A DNA stretch of 64,000 nt, from NCBI GenBank assembly GCA_963666365.2, contig CAXXNF010000001.1, forward strand, positions 736,001-800,000, given 5' to 3'. The translations under genes and the position numbers were made by a program. Numbering within the stretch: position 1 is the first letter of the stretch; each line of letters begins with the position of its first letter. The DNA is from Syntrophales bacterium. Its GTDB lineage: Bacteria > Desulfobacterota > Syntrophia > Syntrophales > UBA2210. Below the pieces are notes generated by a model, which made no database searches, had not been told where the DNA came from, and saw only the letters and a list, made by a program, of their open reading frames with translations. Shown piece by piece: positions 10,101-17,841 of the stretch.

Positions 10101-10965
10101 CATTCCCGATAACCTGTAAATCTTCTTTATTCAAATTATAATTGAAGGAAAAAGGTAAATTACCCGGCAGGATAGATGACAGTCGTTTCTCTACATTTTC
10201 TTCATAACCTAGATCGGCCAATGTTTTACCAGGATGATTTGAGTTCAGGTAAGTCTGAATCTGTTCTTCATAACATTCAAGGGCATTCTTTTGATAATCA
10301 ACCTCGCCTGCTTTTACCGACCAGTCGCTGTTGAACCCGAGATATCCCTTAAAGTCGAAGCCGACATCTGCGGGAATGTTCCAGCCTGGAGGGGTGGCCC
10401 AGACGTTTTGGTCCTGTGTCTCTATCAGTGTTACCGGGAAAAGGTCGATTCCTTGCCCATACCGGATTCTTTTATACCATGGCGCCAGGGGAACCCAGCC
10501 TTTTCCCTTGTCTCCACCGTCATCAATCCCTCGATAATTTACCAGTGAAACCCAGGCAATCGCATACGTGCCGCAATAGACAACTGAGCCGCTTCCATCA
10601 AGAAAGGTCATTTTTACATAACGAGCCGGAATATTTGATATACGGAGAAGAGTTATAATGAACGAGGAAATATCCCAACTGTTACCCTTCCTGGTGAGAT
10701 ATGTTCCGTAAGCACCCAACCGCGAATAATCATATCCATCTTCATATGCTATATTTTCATAGACCCAGTTATAAATCTTGACGGGATCATTTTCCAATTC
10801 CGCAGCCAGCGCTTCAAGTTCCGGGGTAAATTGGCACTCTAGGGTTTCCTGAGTATCGGCAGCATCAGGAGGCAAAAAGGCGAAGACCATTGACGGCATG
10901 AGACATATTACTAATAGAAGCGCCACGATTGATACCATTTGTGCATGCAGAAAAAGTTTCCTCAT
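4174..10965 (-). CDS. RHS/YD-repeat protein: signal peptide, transglutaminase-like domain, DUF6531-like region, RHS core and variable C-terminal tip
   Basis: Many YD repeats (YDANGNL, YDALGR); DPVDLVTGEF; core end YGYTGRRWDGESGLWYYRNRMY..GRFMQRDP..NPLRYLDPAGL; N-terminal IYNWVYENIAY..LLRISNIPARYV. Confidence 0.93.
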   Translation of the reverse strand: MRKLFLHAQMVSIVALLLVICLMPSMVFAFLPPDAADTQETLECQFTPELEALAAELENDPVKIYNWVYENIAYEDGYDYSRLGAYGTYLTRKGNSWDISSFIITLLRISNIPARYVKMTFLDGSGSVVYCGTYAIAWVSLVNYRGIDDGGDKGKGWVPLAPWYKRIRYGQGIDLFPVTLIETQDQNVWATPPGWNIPADVGFDFKGYLGFNSDWSVKAGEVDYQKNALECYEEQIQTYLNSNHPGKTLADLGYEENVEKRLSSILPGNLPFSFNYNLNKEDLQVIGNDDRVHITFSIYRLSDTSYTNPLVQQTFHLPEIAGKRLCLDFIPATQNDADLITWYGGISGIHATFSGGDLAAVAQLKPVLMVDGEKQDPDGQPISSNESFVPGCNWPDHNNNAFCPRPARKAGTFMTLAFDPLAASEKTVTKLKQGLETVSSLQASASGTLLGSMREAFLGRAGAILAETYLLRHREAVVKATGLLHGGFSWSFFPTMIYVSPGSFSFDDESKFFIHPRWNIDVQSFGNFYKAELTEIPDVNTGWPIKMIKIMDYKKICWDDPLNRFFRDLVMYPSSYNEARIFEDWQDTPSLSTVKGLMLAREQGIQVVELTDVNQVNSIPHFYDYDENGTRTLAELEAVGAITSELQRGATVTTPVQTVSCNGIDRYLFISNGPDYDSYNFGGDNGGGAGNDLYFPDYTNLLGNDYFYDSSYEAEPVEIVNGEGIFYNDMEILDLYENMLNIHGIEDCTNIAKMDMENQNVEALQSPWGDPVDLVTGEFYQEEQPDIQIKSRGFDLSVKRKYMSKLIYNGPFGYGWAWNHADKLILLDNGDVVYLDEDLAPHYCTVAIDGSYTYPAGTTFRLVKNADSTFEIAFKSMIKYRFSVDGLLVKKEDSYGNSLSFEYNNAAHPDRLSAIKDSLNRTLTFAYNPRGKIECVTDFTGRSCYYYYNVDAYGNGDDLRFFVDLEENTTEYQYLKNEETASNNHNMRRYILPKGDYLEIGYYKNDTVAYHTNAKGDTFNFQYSRFNRYAETWNEKGYYRKIFWNDSHDVIRVTNENGTIECSDYDDNHNVISHTDANGNTTVFTYDANRNMTSKTNALGEAWTYVYDTTINKPISVTDPKLITTSLAYNDKGSPTTITDALGNITTLSYDSYGNNYYIDYGYEYTSTYKAFNSSGNIYYYSDKNGKVTYFTYDEYGNLISKTDPAGFTTTYEYDNYNQKTAVIDALGNETTFEYDINRKLLRTVTADGAVMENVYDTARDIVSGAQVIEKIDSLGSSEYFDYDEAGNLIRKTDKNGNVFRYFYDGMNRLIEEMDPYQNSIFYSCDGNGNLVAKEDKRGNTTICTYDAANRKTSITDAEGATTSYLYDANGNLTDEIRTLKDGSGDIPIVTHYEYDTLNRPVAKTLDYGVTGARTYQYQYDPLGRLKKIIKPKQNYIYYHYDKNGNKTKIEVYESDDTKIAEESFEYDSRNLLKKRKDAEGREWLFEYDALGRKTAECDPAGNCINYAYDLVGNLVMETDQEGGVTKHFYDGAKRRIRTVDALEHTTAWRYDANGNLISVIDPRGKETRTYCDAMNRPVGVEDAAGDVTTYDYDEAGNMVQETRPDGSAVAKSYDGMNRLADVYVNNQEARHFEYDSLSRMTLAEDYNQGNGTHSVEFEYNAFNQVTAEVQDGKRIEKFYDANGNLEDLAYPHAGGFVVHRTYNGLNLPDSIKDQSQNNIAGFAYNLNGRVAAMTLGNGIEESLSYNDRGMEGNRIYADINNTTLYSMETVYDGMGNIFSEAIERAISTTPTLATEQYEKQYGYDDLNRLTFEQKGTADTVQWQHDPVGNWTYTNQNGSPEERVPNEVNEYSNVTGMTPGYDARGNMTSDGAKTYEYDWANRLVAVKTSDGIAIATYRYDALNRRVTKSYAGQTTAYIYNGGQVIEEYEDGQFQRSFVYGIYIDDPIMMEDNAGNRYYYLKDRQYSVTALIDENGNSVETYKYTAFGLMTILDGQGVTISESTVDNPYGYTGRRWDGESGLWYYRNRMYSAKLGRFMQRDPAGYMDGLNLYAYVRNNPLRYLDPAGLTAVNEYQSLYWNDEYQEKQDDTMVFDSGLNLQIDKLQIDKHIEIIKNDNVIYDGPHAENLETGVYRIRVNFEPDGVLAFVKNILDILCLPGKRTVALPGSIERAIYIDPQFAVYDSYYKYDLGTLQRLRIKSDIRIGTEYWSVNVNQNPYHRDQFVWYGPIEDYQLTVPLNELDSTVRHLIQFPLPAIYQDRRDYN

Positions 10966-11054
10966 CGCTTACCTCTTCGTGATGTTATTGGTTTTGATCA
11001 TTTTTTAAAGATAACTTCTTATATTCTCATTGGTTTGTAGATGATGTTATTTAA

Positions 11055-14000
11055 TCAAATTGCCGACAAAAGGGCTTCGAGGCAAAGGCTCGTCACATAA
11101 GAGTCATTGTTCCAACTGCCGTTTAAATCTTGATGAGCGATCAAGTAATTGCAGGCATAATTTTTTTCATAATGATCGAGATCGATGATCCATGAATATA
11201 AAGACAATAGCTCGTTATCACTTAATGGAGGATCGGGATTCATCATGGCGCTTACTATGTCTGCCGGTCCCTCTGTTACTAAATATTTAATCCACAAAAG
11301 CACTGCTGCGGTATCAATCAAAGAGGTCGCAGAGTTTACTGCCTCCTCGCTGCAATAGTATATCTCCGTAGCGGTTACTTCGTGCTTTTGATTTGCTATC
11401 CATGCATCAATACCTGTTAACGCCGAGAGTACCACATTTCCTATCAGCCCGGAAACCAGTGAAGTAACATATACACTGGGGGCATCGCCGGGCATCCAGC
11501 CGTAACAGTCTGGTTCGGTGCTTTCCAATATATTTTGGACCATATTGAACCGGAAATAATCAGTATGTTCAATATCCCGTGAAGTACACTTAAGGGCCAT
11601 CGATGCCAGAACCGTATCGATCGGATCCGGGGCAAAATGTATCTGCGTTCCCCATACCCGGGTCGGTAGAGGATCGGAATCCGGAATATGGACATTATGT
11701 AGCTGACCCATCGACTGCAATCGATAGACAAAGTCATCTACACTCTGCCCGTATTTGTGGAGTGTTAAAATCTTTCTTGCCAAATAGTCGTTGTTATCTG
11801 CAGGGGCTCCCCTTAAGTAGAGGAGGGCCTGTCGCAGGGCAGGGCTGATTGACCCAGTTACCTTGAATGCATTCAGCGCCTGACTGGTACTGAGCAGCCT
11901 TCTGCTCTCTTTTTCATCCCAGTATCCCTTCTTGTTCTGAGTCATCTCCAGATAGGCCCTTGCTCTTGCGATTGCCTCATTACAAGTCTGTGCTGGGCTG
12001 GCTGCGTCTATAGAAACACTGACCAGTTCAGATAGAGGGCTTTCGATGCCGCCATCGGTTACATAGGTAGCGCCATACCAGTACGTGACACCAGCCACTG
12101 CAGTCCCATCAGAAAAGCTGGTTCCGGCTAAAGGGTTCTGAGATATTCGCAGACGTGACGGTGGCGCATAGCCGCCCTGATGGCTCTTGTTCAGGATTTC
12201 ACGGTCGAAATCGCTTATGCATCGGTAGATATAATAGCCGGTAACAGTAGCGCCAGTGTAATCCTCAGGAGTCGTCCAAGTAAGGTCGACCTGGTGCGTT
12301 TGTTCGTTGTATATGGACGCAATGATGGCAGCCAGCCACTCCGGCTGTCTTTCACCAACCAAATATATTTCGCTCTTGATATTTTCCCTGTTTCCGGCTG
12401 CATCCAACGCAAAAAACTGAAGATTGGTGCACTTATCAATCACCAGTTGAATAGGTCCTTTAAAGGCAATGGTGTTCGGGGCACCCTCATAGGGCGGATC
12501 GCCATTCGTTGAATAGCAGATTGTAGCATCTTCTGAGCAGGACAGTTCCACCGTCAAGGGAGGCGAATATTCTCCCGAGGCGACGCTCGCCGTGGTAACA
12601 GGTACGGTCGTGTCGGCCGTAAAAAGGAAATCGTAGGTGTTCGTATTTCCGGTAGTGTCCAAAACATTGAGGGTGTAGTGATATTCCTTCCCGTCTATGG
12701 GGGATGTTATCGTTAATATAACCGCACTTGGCGTTACCGTTGCCTGGCTCGTGATATCTAAGCCATCCCCATCTCGGAGCGTTACCGAGGAAATTCCGGC
12801 GCCGCCGTCAGGGAGATTAATCGTGAACGTTATCTCTCCCGACCCGCCATCGTCCGATTTTACAAGTGATCCATAGCCTGGAGTGCTGTTGCTCAGGGTA
12901 ACGGGTACGGTGATGCTGTCCGACGCACTGCCGTATTGACCGATCGACGATATAGTATAGGTCATGGTCTCTTCCGGCGTGACGACCGCCGAGCCCGTTC
13001 CGTTGGGCCCGACTGTCCCCACATCCTGATCAATGGTAGTTGAGGTAGCATTGACGGACGACCATGTCAGCGTGGCGGACTCACCTTTAGTGAGTACCTG
13101 CGGTACAGCTTCCAGACTGGCAACGGGATGATAATAGGGCGATTCGGGCGGCAGAAAGCCGGCGCTTCCGATTCGGTAGAGGAGATCGCTCTGATTCTGG
13201 CTTCGCGCAATCCCCTTCGATATCCGAATTTCGTCGATATAGCCTTTGAAATAATTCCCCCCATATTGGTCTACTCCGATCCTCAGGTCACGGTCTCCAT
13301 AACTAAGAGGGGAAACGGTGGTATATGCATACGTTTGATATATATTAGAACCATTTAAGTATATTCTAAAAAGACACATCATGCGGTAATAGTCAAGGCG
13401 GAACAAACCTACACGTTCAATTGTTAGATGTCCCAGCGCACTATGAGCAATCGTGGGGCAGATTCCACTCTGCACAAGAGTAACTGCATATTGAAATAAT
13501 CCAAAACTGTAAATACCACTAGACGGCTCATAGAATGCTTTGATTTCAAACCCATCAGGATAGTATCGATTTCCCTTGCTTATAAGACACCTTGCCGAAG
13601 TATCGTCATCAGAGCGAAACCATAAATCAATTGTGTAATTGAATGCACTAGGAGAACTCATATCACCAATAAAATCAAAGTCGGATGAATAGGGTATTCT
13701 TAGGCAATCTCCCTGCCCATCAAAATAGATCGAACTATGTCCATACTTTGCCTTGGTAGTCGAATGGTGCACATCGCCATACTTATATATCGGATGTCCC
13801 TTTATATCAGTAAATGCGGTGCTGCCCTCCGTGTTATCGGAATGAATAAGAAGTTTTGTGTAAGAATCGAGAACCGGCGCTGTTACGTATACTGTTTCGG
13901 AGTCTTGACCCGGCGGATCTGTATCCGCAGCTGTTAGACTGTAGGTAGTTGTGGCTGAGGGATAAATGAGAGCAGTTCCTGATGCTTCTGCTGATGACCC

Positions 14001-15137
14001 TTGCCCGGGTTCTTCCTCCGGCCCGATAGCGGGGTCCGCAGGTTGGATATAGCATACTTCGGAATTGGTGGCGCTCCAGATCAACCTAGCAGGCCCGCCT
14101 GATCGGGCATTGCTGCACCTGAGATTCACGGCAGGAATAAGTTTAACCTCTACGCTCTCCGTTGCCGTACCGCCGGGGCCTCGTGCCGTAATTGTGTATG
14201 TAGTTGGCTCTGTTATCGATACCGTATGCGAACCGCTGGCATCGACTTCGCCGATTCCAGGTTCGATTGAACATGAAGTTGCATTTGTTGCGCACCATGT
14301 CAGGGTTGCCGAACCACCTGATGACACAGCTTCCGGGTACACAGCCATGTTCACCGTCGGCGGCAGTTTCACCATCACCGATGCGGTTGTCGTGCCACCG
14401 AGGCCTGTCGCGGTTATTTCATAGATAGTATTTTCCATAGGGGCAACATTTATTGTTCCGCCTGAAACAGGGGTCAATGCTGTAGTTCCGTTAATAGCGG
14501 GTTGAATTGAGCATGACTGGGCATTTGCAGTATTCCAACTGAGTTCAGCCGAACCGCCAGGCTGAATGATTTCCGGATTGGCGTTAAGAGTGACAGTGGG
14601 AACAACTGAAACTGTTGCTGAGGCTGTCGCCGTTTCGCCGGAGGCACAAGTTGCTGTTATTGTGTAAGTCGTATTGAATGTTGGCGAAACTGCTTTACCA
14701 CCGATCATTCCAACGGCACCTATGCCATGATCTATATCGCAAGACGCGGCATTTTCGCTTGTCCACTTTAATAGCGCCGATTCTCCTGGTTGAATAGCTG
14801 ACGGTTCGGCGTTAAGGGTAACGGTGGGCGGGGGAAGGGAAAGAACTGTGACGGTTACACTTCCCAATTGACTGGTGCAATAGTTCCAATCTATTCCTTC
14901 TGCTATATATGTTGTGGTTTGCAAAGGAGTTACAACTTCTGAACCATTAGTCGCACGAACGCCAAGAGGATAGATGAAGAATAACAAATAACTATTGGGA
15001 TAGTTCCAAGTTATTGTAGCAGATTCACCAGCGTAAATAGTTATGGAGCTGGCACTTATGCCTGCAACAGCACTGTAGGGGAAAAAAAAGAATAAAAATA
15101 GTACCAAGAAAAAACCTGATATCTCTTTTCTAGTCAT
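11055..15137 (-). CDS. Large exported multidomain protein: Ig/PKD-like repeats, LamG-like jelly roll, Fn3-associated/Fn3 domains and a C-terminal prenyltransferase/squalene-cyclase-like helical barrel
   Basis: Signal peptide ending YSAVA; six G(E/G)SA.L.W...P..TTTY.ITA repeats; TKLLIH..SIYFDG..FKGYIDEIRISKGIAR; ATICYSTNG..FFALDAAGNRE; QW-like motifs YLEMTQNKKGYW and YLIAHQDLNGSW. Confidence 0.85.
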   Translation of the reverse strand: MTRKEISGFFLVLFLFFFFPYSAVAGISASSITIYAGESATITWNYPNSYLLFFIYPLGVRATNGSEVVTPLQTTTYIAEGIDWNYCTSQLGSVTVTVLSLPPPTVTLNAEPSAIQPGESALLKWTSENAASCDIDHGIGAVGMIGGKAVSPTFNTTYTITATCASGETATASATVSVVPTVTLNANPEIIQPGGSAELSWNTANAQSCSIQPAINGTTALTPVSGGTINVAPMENTIYEITATGLGGTTTASVMVKLPPTVNMAVYPEAVSSGGSATLTWCATNATSCSIEPGIGEVDASGSHTVSITEPTTYTITARGPGGTATESVEVKLIPAVNLRCSNARSGGPARLIWSATNSEVCYIQPADPAIGPEEEPGQGSSAEASGTALIYPSATTTYSLTAADTDPPGQDSETVYVTAPVLDSYTKLLIHSDNTEGSTAFTDIKGHPIYKYGDVHHSTTKAKYGHSSIYFDGQGDCLRIPYSSDFDFIGDMSSPSAFNYTIDLWFRSDDDTSARCLISKGNRYYPDGFEIKAFYEPSSGIYSFGLFQYAVTLVQSGICPTIAHSALGHLTIERVGLFRLDYYRMMCLFRIYLNGSNIYQTYAYTTVSPLSYGDRDLRIGVDQYGGNYFKGYIDEIRISKGIARSQNQSDLLYRIGSAGFLPPESPYYHPVASLEAVPQVLTKGESATLTWSSVNATSTTIDQDVGTVGPNGTGSAVVTPEETMTYTISSIGQYGSASDSITVPVTLSNSTPGYGSLVKSDDGGSGEITFTINLPDGGAGISSVTLRDGDGLDITSQATVTPSAVILTITSPIDGKEYHYTLNVLDTTGNTNTYDFLFTADTTVPVTTASVASGEYSPPLTVELSCSEDATICYSTNGDPPYEGAPNTIAFKGPIQLVIDKCTNLQFFALDAAGNRENIKSEIYLVGERQPEWLAAIIASIYNEQTHQVDLTWTTPEDYTGATVTGYYIYRCISDFDREILNKSHQGGYAPPSRLRISQNPLAGTSFSDGTAVAGVTYWYGATYVTDGGIESPLSELVSVSIDAASPAQTCNEAIARARAYLEMTQNKKGYWDEKESRRLLSTSQALNAFKVTGSISPALRQALLYLRGAPADNNDYLARKILTLHKYGQSVDDFVYRLQSMGQLHNVHIPDSDPLPTRVWGTQIHFAPDPIDTVLASMALKCTSRDIEHTDYFRFNMVQNILESTEPDCYGWMPGDAPSVYVTSLVSGLIGNVVLSALTGIDAWIANQKHEVTATEIYYCSEEAVNSATSLIDTAAVLLWIKYLVTEGPADIVSAMMNPDPPLSDNELLSLYSWIIDLDHYEKNYACNYLIAHQDLNGSWNNDSYVTSLCLEALLSAI

Positions 15138-15557
15138 GAACGTCCCCTTTGTGAATGAGTTGAACTATCTTTTTTCTCTAATTATATTATTGTACCATGA
15201 CACACTAACACGGCATCTTTATTAAAAATTCCAAACCATTACTTTAAATTTTCTTGATTTTTTGGTCTTAGCAAAAGAAGTGTCGGCGTAACAGTCTCAA
15301 GGAGATCTGTTAGATAGGTATAGGAATGAATTATTTAAAAGCCCTTTCTTTTTACCACAAAAACCTTCACGTTGAAATACTAGAAAAATACGTGTAAAAT
15401 ACCTTTATTTCCAAGTAGTCAAATGTTCGATATATTCATCTTAGCTTATTGATTTTTGAGCGACATAACTCCAAAATTGATATTTAAGTCCCTTTTCGGG
15501 TTACAATCGAAATCGCCTGCGCATAGCAAAAATAATCAATAGGGAGGGAGGAGAAAG

Positions 15558-16643
15558 GTGTTTAAAAAAGCGGTATTCCCGGGCAAATATATTCAGGGCA
15601 CAGGGGCGCTGGGAGAGTTGCCGGCACTGATTGCACTCTTCGGCACGAAGGCGCTGATACTTGCATCTCCCACAGTGATGAAAACGGTCGTTCCTGCCTG
15701 TGGCATTGAGGGACGGGCAGACTCAGTCCTCACCGAAACATTCCGGGGGGAGTGCTGCGAAAAGGAATTGTCGCGTCTGGAAGACGTGATCGACCGGCAC
15801 CGCATCGATGTCATGATCGGCATGGGGGGTGGCAAAACCATCGACACGGCAAAAATCGCCGCGGACCGGGCGCATGTCCCCGTAATCATCGTTCCCACCA
15901 TCGCCTCCACCGACGCACCCTGCAGCGGCTGTGCGGTGGTCTACTCCGCAAACGGCGTTCACGAGCGGGAATACTACCAGCGGTCGAATCCCGCCGCCGT
16001 CCTGGTGGATACTGCTATCATTGCCGCGGCGCCCGCCCGTTTCCTGGTGGCGGGCATGGGCGACGCTCTGGCGACATGGTTCGAGGCCGAATCCTGCCGG
16101 CGTACGCAATCGAAGAACGAATGCGGCGGTCTAAGCACCATGGCGGGACTGCATCTCGCCAGACTCTGTTACGATACACTGCTGGCTTACGGGACGGCGG
16201 CAAAACTCGCCTGTGAGCATCATGTGGTAACTCCCGCCCTGGAGCGTATTGTGGAAGCGAACATCCTGCTGAGTGGAATCGGGTTTGAAAGTTCCGGCCT
16301 CGCGGCGGCCCACGCCATCCATAACGGCTTGACCGCCCTCGAAGAAACCAACGCCTACTACCACGGCGAAAAGGTAGCCTTCGGCGTGCTGGCAGGACTC
16401 CATCTTACTGATGCGCCTCCGGAACTCTCTGAAACCGTGTTCACTTTCTGCAAGGAAACGGGATTGCCGACCACACTGGCGAACATCGGATTAGACAACG
16501 AGGACCGGCTCAGGCTTATGAAGGCGGCGGAAAAGACCTGCGCGCCCGGCGCAGCCATTCATCACGAAGCGGGAACCATAACCCCCGAAAGAGTGCTCCA
16601 CGCCATGATCACAGCGGATGCAATGGGGCAAAAGACGAAGTAA
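15558..16643 (+). CDS. gldA: Glycerol dehydrogenase (iron-containing ADH family)
   Basis: PGKYIQG, GMGGGKTIDTAK, VPTIASTDAPCS, GMGDALATWFEA, GLAAAHAIHNGLT, HGEKVAFG; GTG start behind GGAGG. Confidence 0.93.
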   Translation: MFKKAVFPGKYIQGTGALGELPALIALFGTKALILASPTVMKTVVPACGIEGRADSVLTETFRGECCEKELSRLEDVIDRHRIDVMIGMGGGKTIDTAKIAADRAHVPVIIVPTIASTDAPCSGCAVVYSANGVHEREYYQRSNPAAVLVDTAIIAAAPARFLVAGMGDALATWFEAESCRRTQSKNECGGLSTMAGLHLARLCYDTLLAYGTAAKLACEHHVVTPALERIVEANILLSGIGFESSGLAAAHAIHNGLTALEETNAYYHGEKVAFGVLAGLHLTDAPPELSETVFTFCKETGLPTTLANIGLDNEDRLRLMKAAEKTCAPGAAIHHEAGTITPERVLHAMITADAMGQKTK

Positions 16644-16729
16644 GCCAAAAACATTACCTGTTGCACTTATTGCACCTTGATCGCATACATGGTAGTTTGT
16701 TGTTATTGTCAGATGCAACGGGGGAAACC

Positions 16730-17566
16730 ATGCAGCGACTCACCGTCATAAAAACGGTGGCATCGGGCGATCCGAAGGGCGTCGTCGAATTTCTGGCGGA
16801 GGCTTCCGGTCTTTCCAGAATGCGGATCAAGGACGCCATGAAAAAGGGAGCGCTCCGGCGCACCAGGAAGGGGGGAAAGGCAACCCGGCTTCGTAAAGCG
16901 ACTGCATCGCTTCACCCGGGGGATCGCATAGAATTTTACTACGATGAGGCCCTTCTTGCCACAATTCCCCCGCAGGCGGCCTTGGTGCATGACGAAGGGC
17001 ACTACTCGGTCTGGAATAAGCCGGCGGGCCTGCTCACCCAGGGCACGCGCTACGGCGACCACTGTGCGCTTCTCCGTCAGGCGGAACAGTACTTCGTCCC
17101 ACGCCGCGAGGTCTATCCCGTCCACCGTCTCGACCGCGAGGCCTCGGGACTGGTTCTGATCGCCCACAGCAGCCGGGCTGCCACCAAACTCTCGGAGCTT
17201 TTTCGACAGGGGCAAGTGGATAAGATATACCGTGCCGAAGTGCGGGGCAATCTAATGGAAACGAAACCTGAGGGGATAATCGACACTCCGCTCGAAGGTA
17301 AAGAGGCTCGCACCGAATACCGGGTGCTCCGCTATCGGGAGGACACCGATACCACCATCGTCGAAGTGAGGATCGGCACGGGCCGCTTTCACCAGATCCG
17401 CCGCCATTTCGACGGCATCGGCTTTCCCGTTATGGGCGATCCCCGCTATGGCAAGGGAAATAAAAACACCGACGGCCTCAAGCTTTCGGCCACAGAACTC
17501 CGCTTTACCTGTCCCTTCAATAACCGGGCAATGGAGTTTTCATCACAGATTGCGCACAAACTGTGA
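16730..17566 (+). CDS. RluA-family pseudouridine synthase
   Basis: NKPAGL, catalytic VHRLDREASGL, TGRFHQIRRH, GDPRYG. ATG 16730 chosen as start. Confidence 0.92.
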   Translation: MQRLTVIKTVASGDPKGVVEFLAEASGLSRMRIKDAMKKGALRRTRKGGKATRLRKATASLHPGDRIEFYYDEALLATIPPQAALVHDEGHYSVWNKPAGLLTQGTRYGDHCALLRQAEQYFVPRREVYPVHRLDREASGLVLIAHSSRAATKLSELFRQGQVDKIYRAEVRGNLMETKPEGIIDTPLEGKEARTEYRVLRYREDTDTTIVEVRIGTGRFHQIRRHFDGIGFPVMGDPRYGKGNKNTDGLKLSATELRFTCPFNNRAMEFSSQIAHKL

Positions 17567-17608
17567 TCTTTTTCACACAAGACTGTTTCTCCTAGTTGTC
17601 CATTTCTG

Positions 17609-17636
17609 TTGACAGTAATTTTACAATGCATATATT
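17609..17636 (+). promoter_or_regulatory. Putative sigma70 promoter for the MORN/dockerin gene
   Basis: TTGACA-16 nt-TATATT in an AT-rich intergenic region. Confidence 0.45.
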
Positions 17637-17841
17637 AATGATAATTATTGACTTTGATACTTGGGTAATTGTGCATACTCACACCCTGTTCTTGTCATCC
17701 CATACTCAAAACAACCCTCAATGATTACATTGTTTTACGTCAAAGGGGATGGTCGATTCCGAGAACCGCATCCGTTGTGGATTACCCTTCCCTTGCCCCA
17801 GAAAGAAAAGCGCGCCATTACCGTTCTTCAGGAGACTTGCG

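Noticed and set aside
4174..10965. T6SS effector assignment for the RHS protein
   Set aside because: No PAAR, VgrG, Hcp or EagR chaperone is seen, and the protein has a Sec-type signal peptide.
11055..12000. Squalene-hopene cyclase or alpha-2-macroglobulin call
   Set aside because: The DXDD and CGEQ motifs are absent; only fold-level resemblance is supported.
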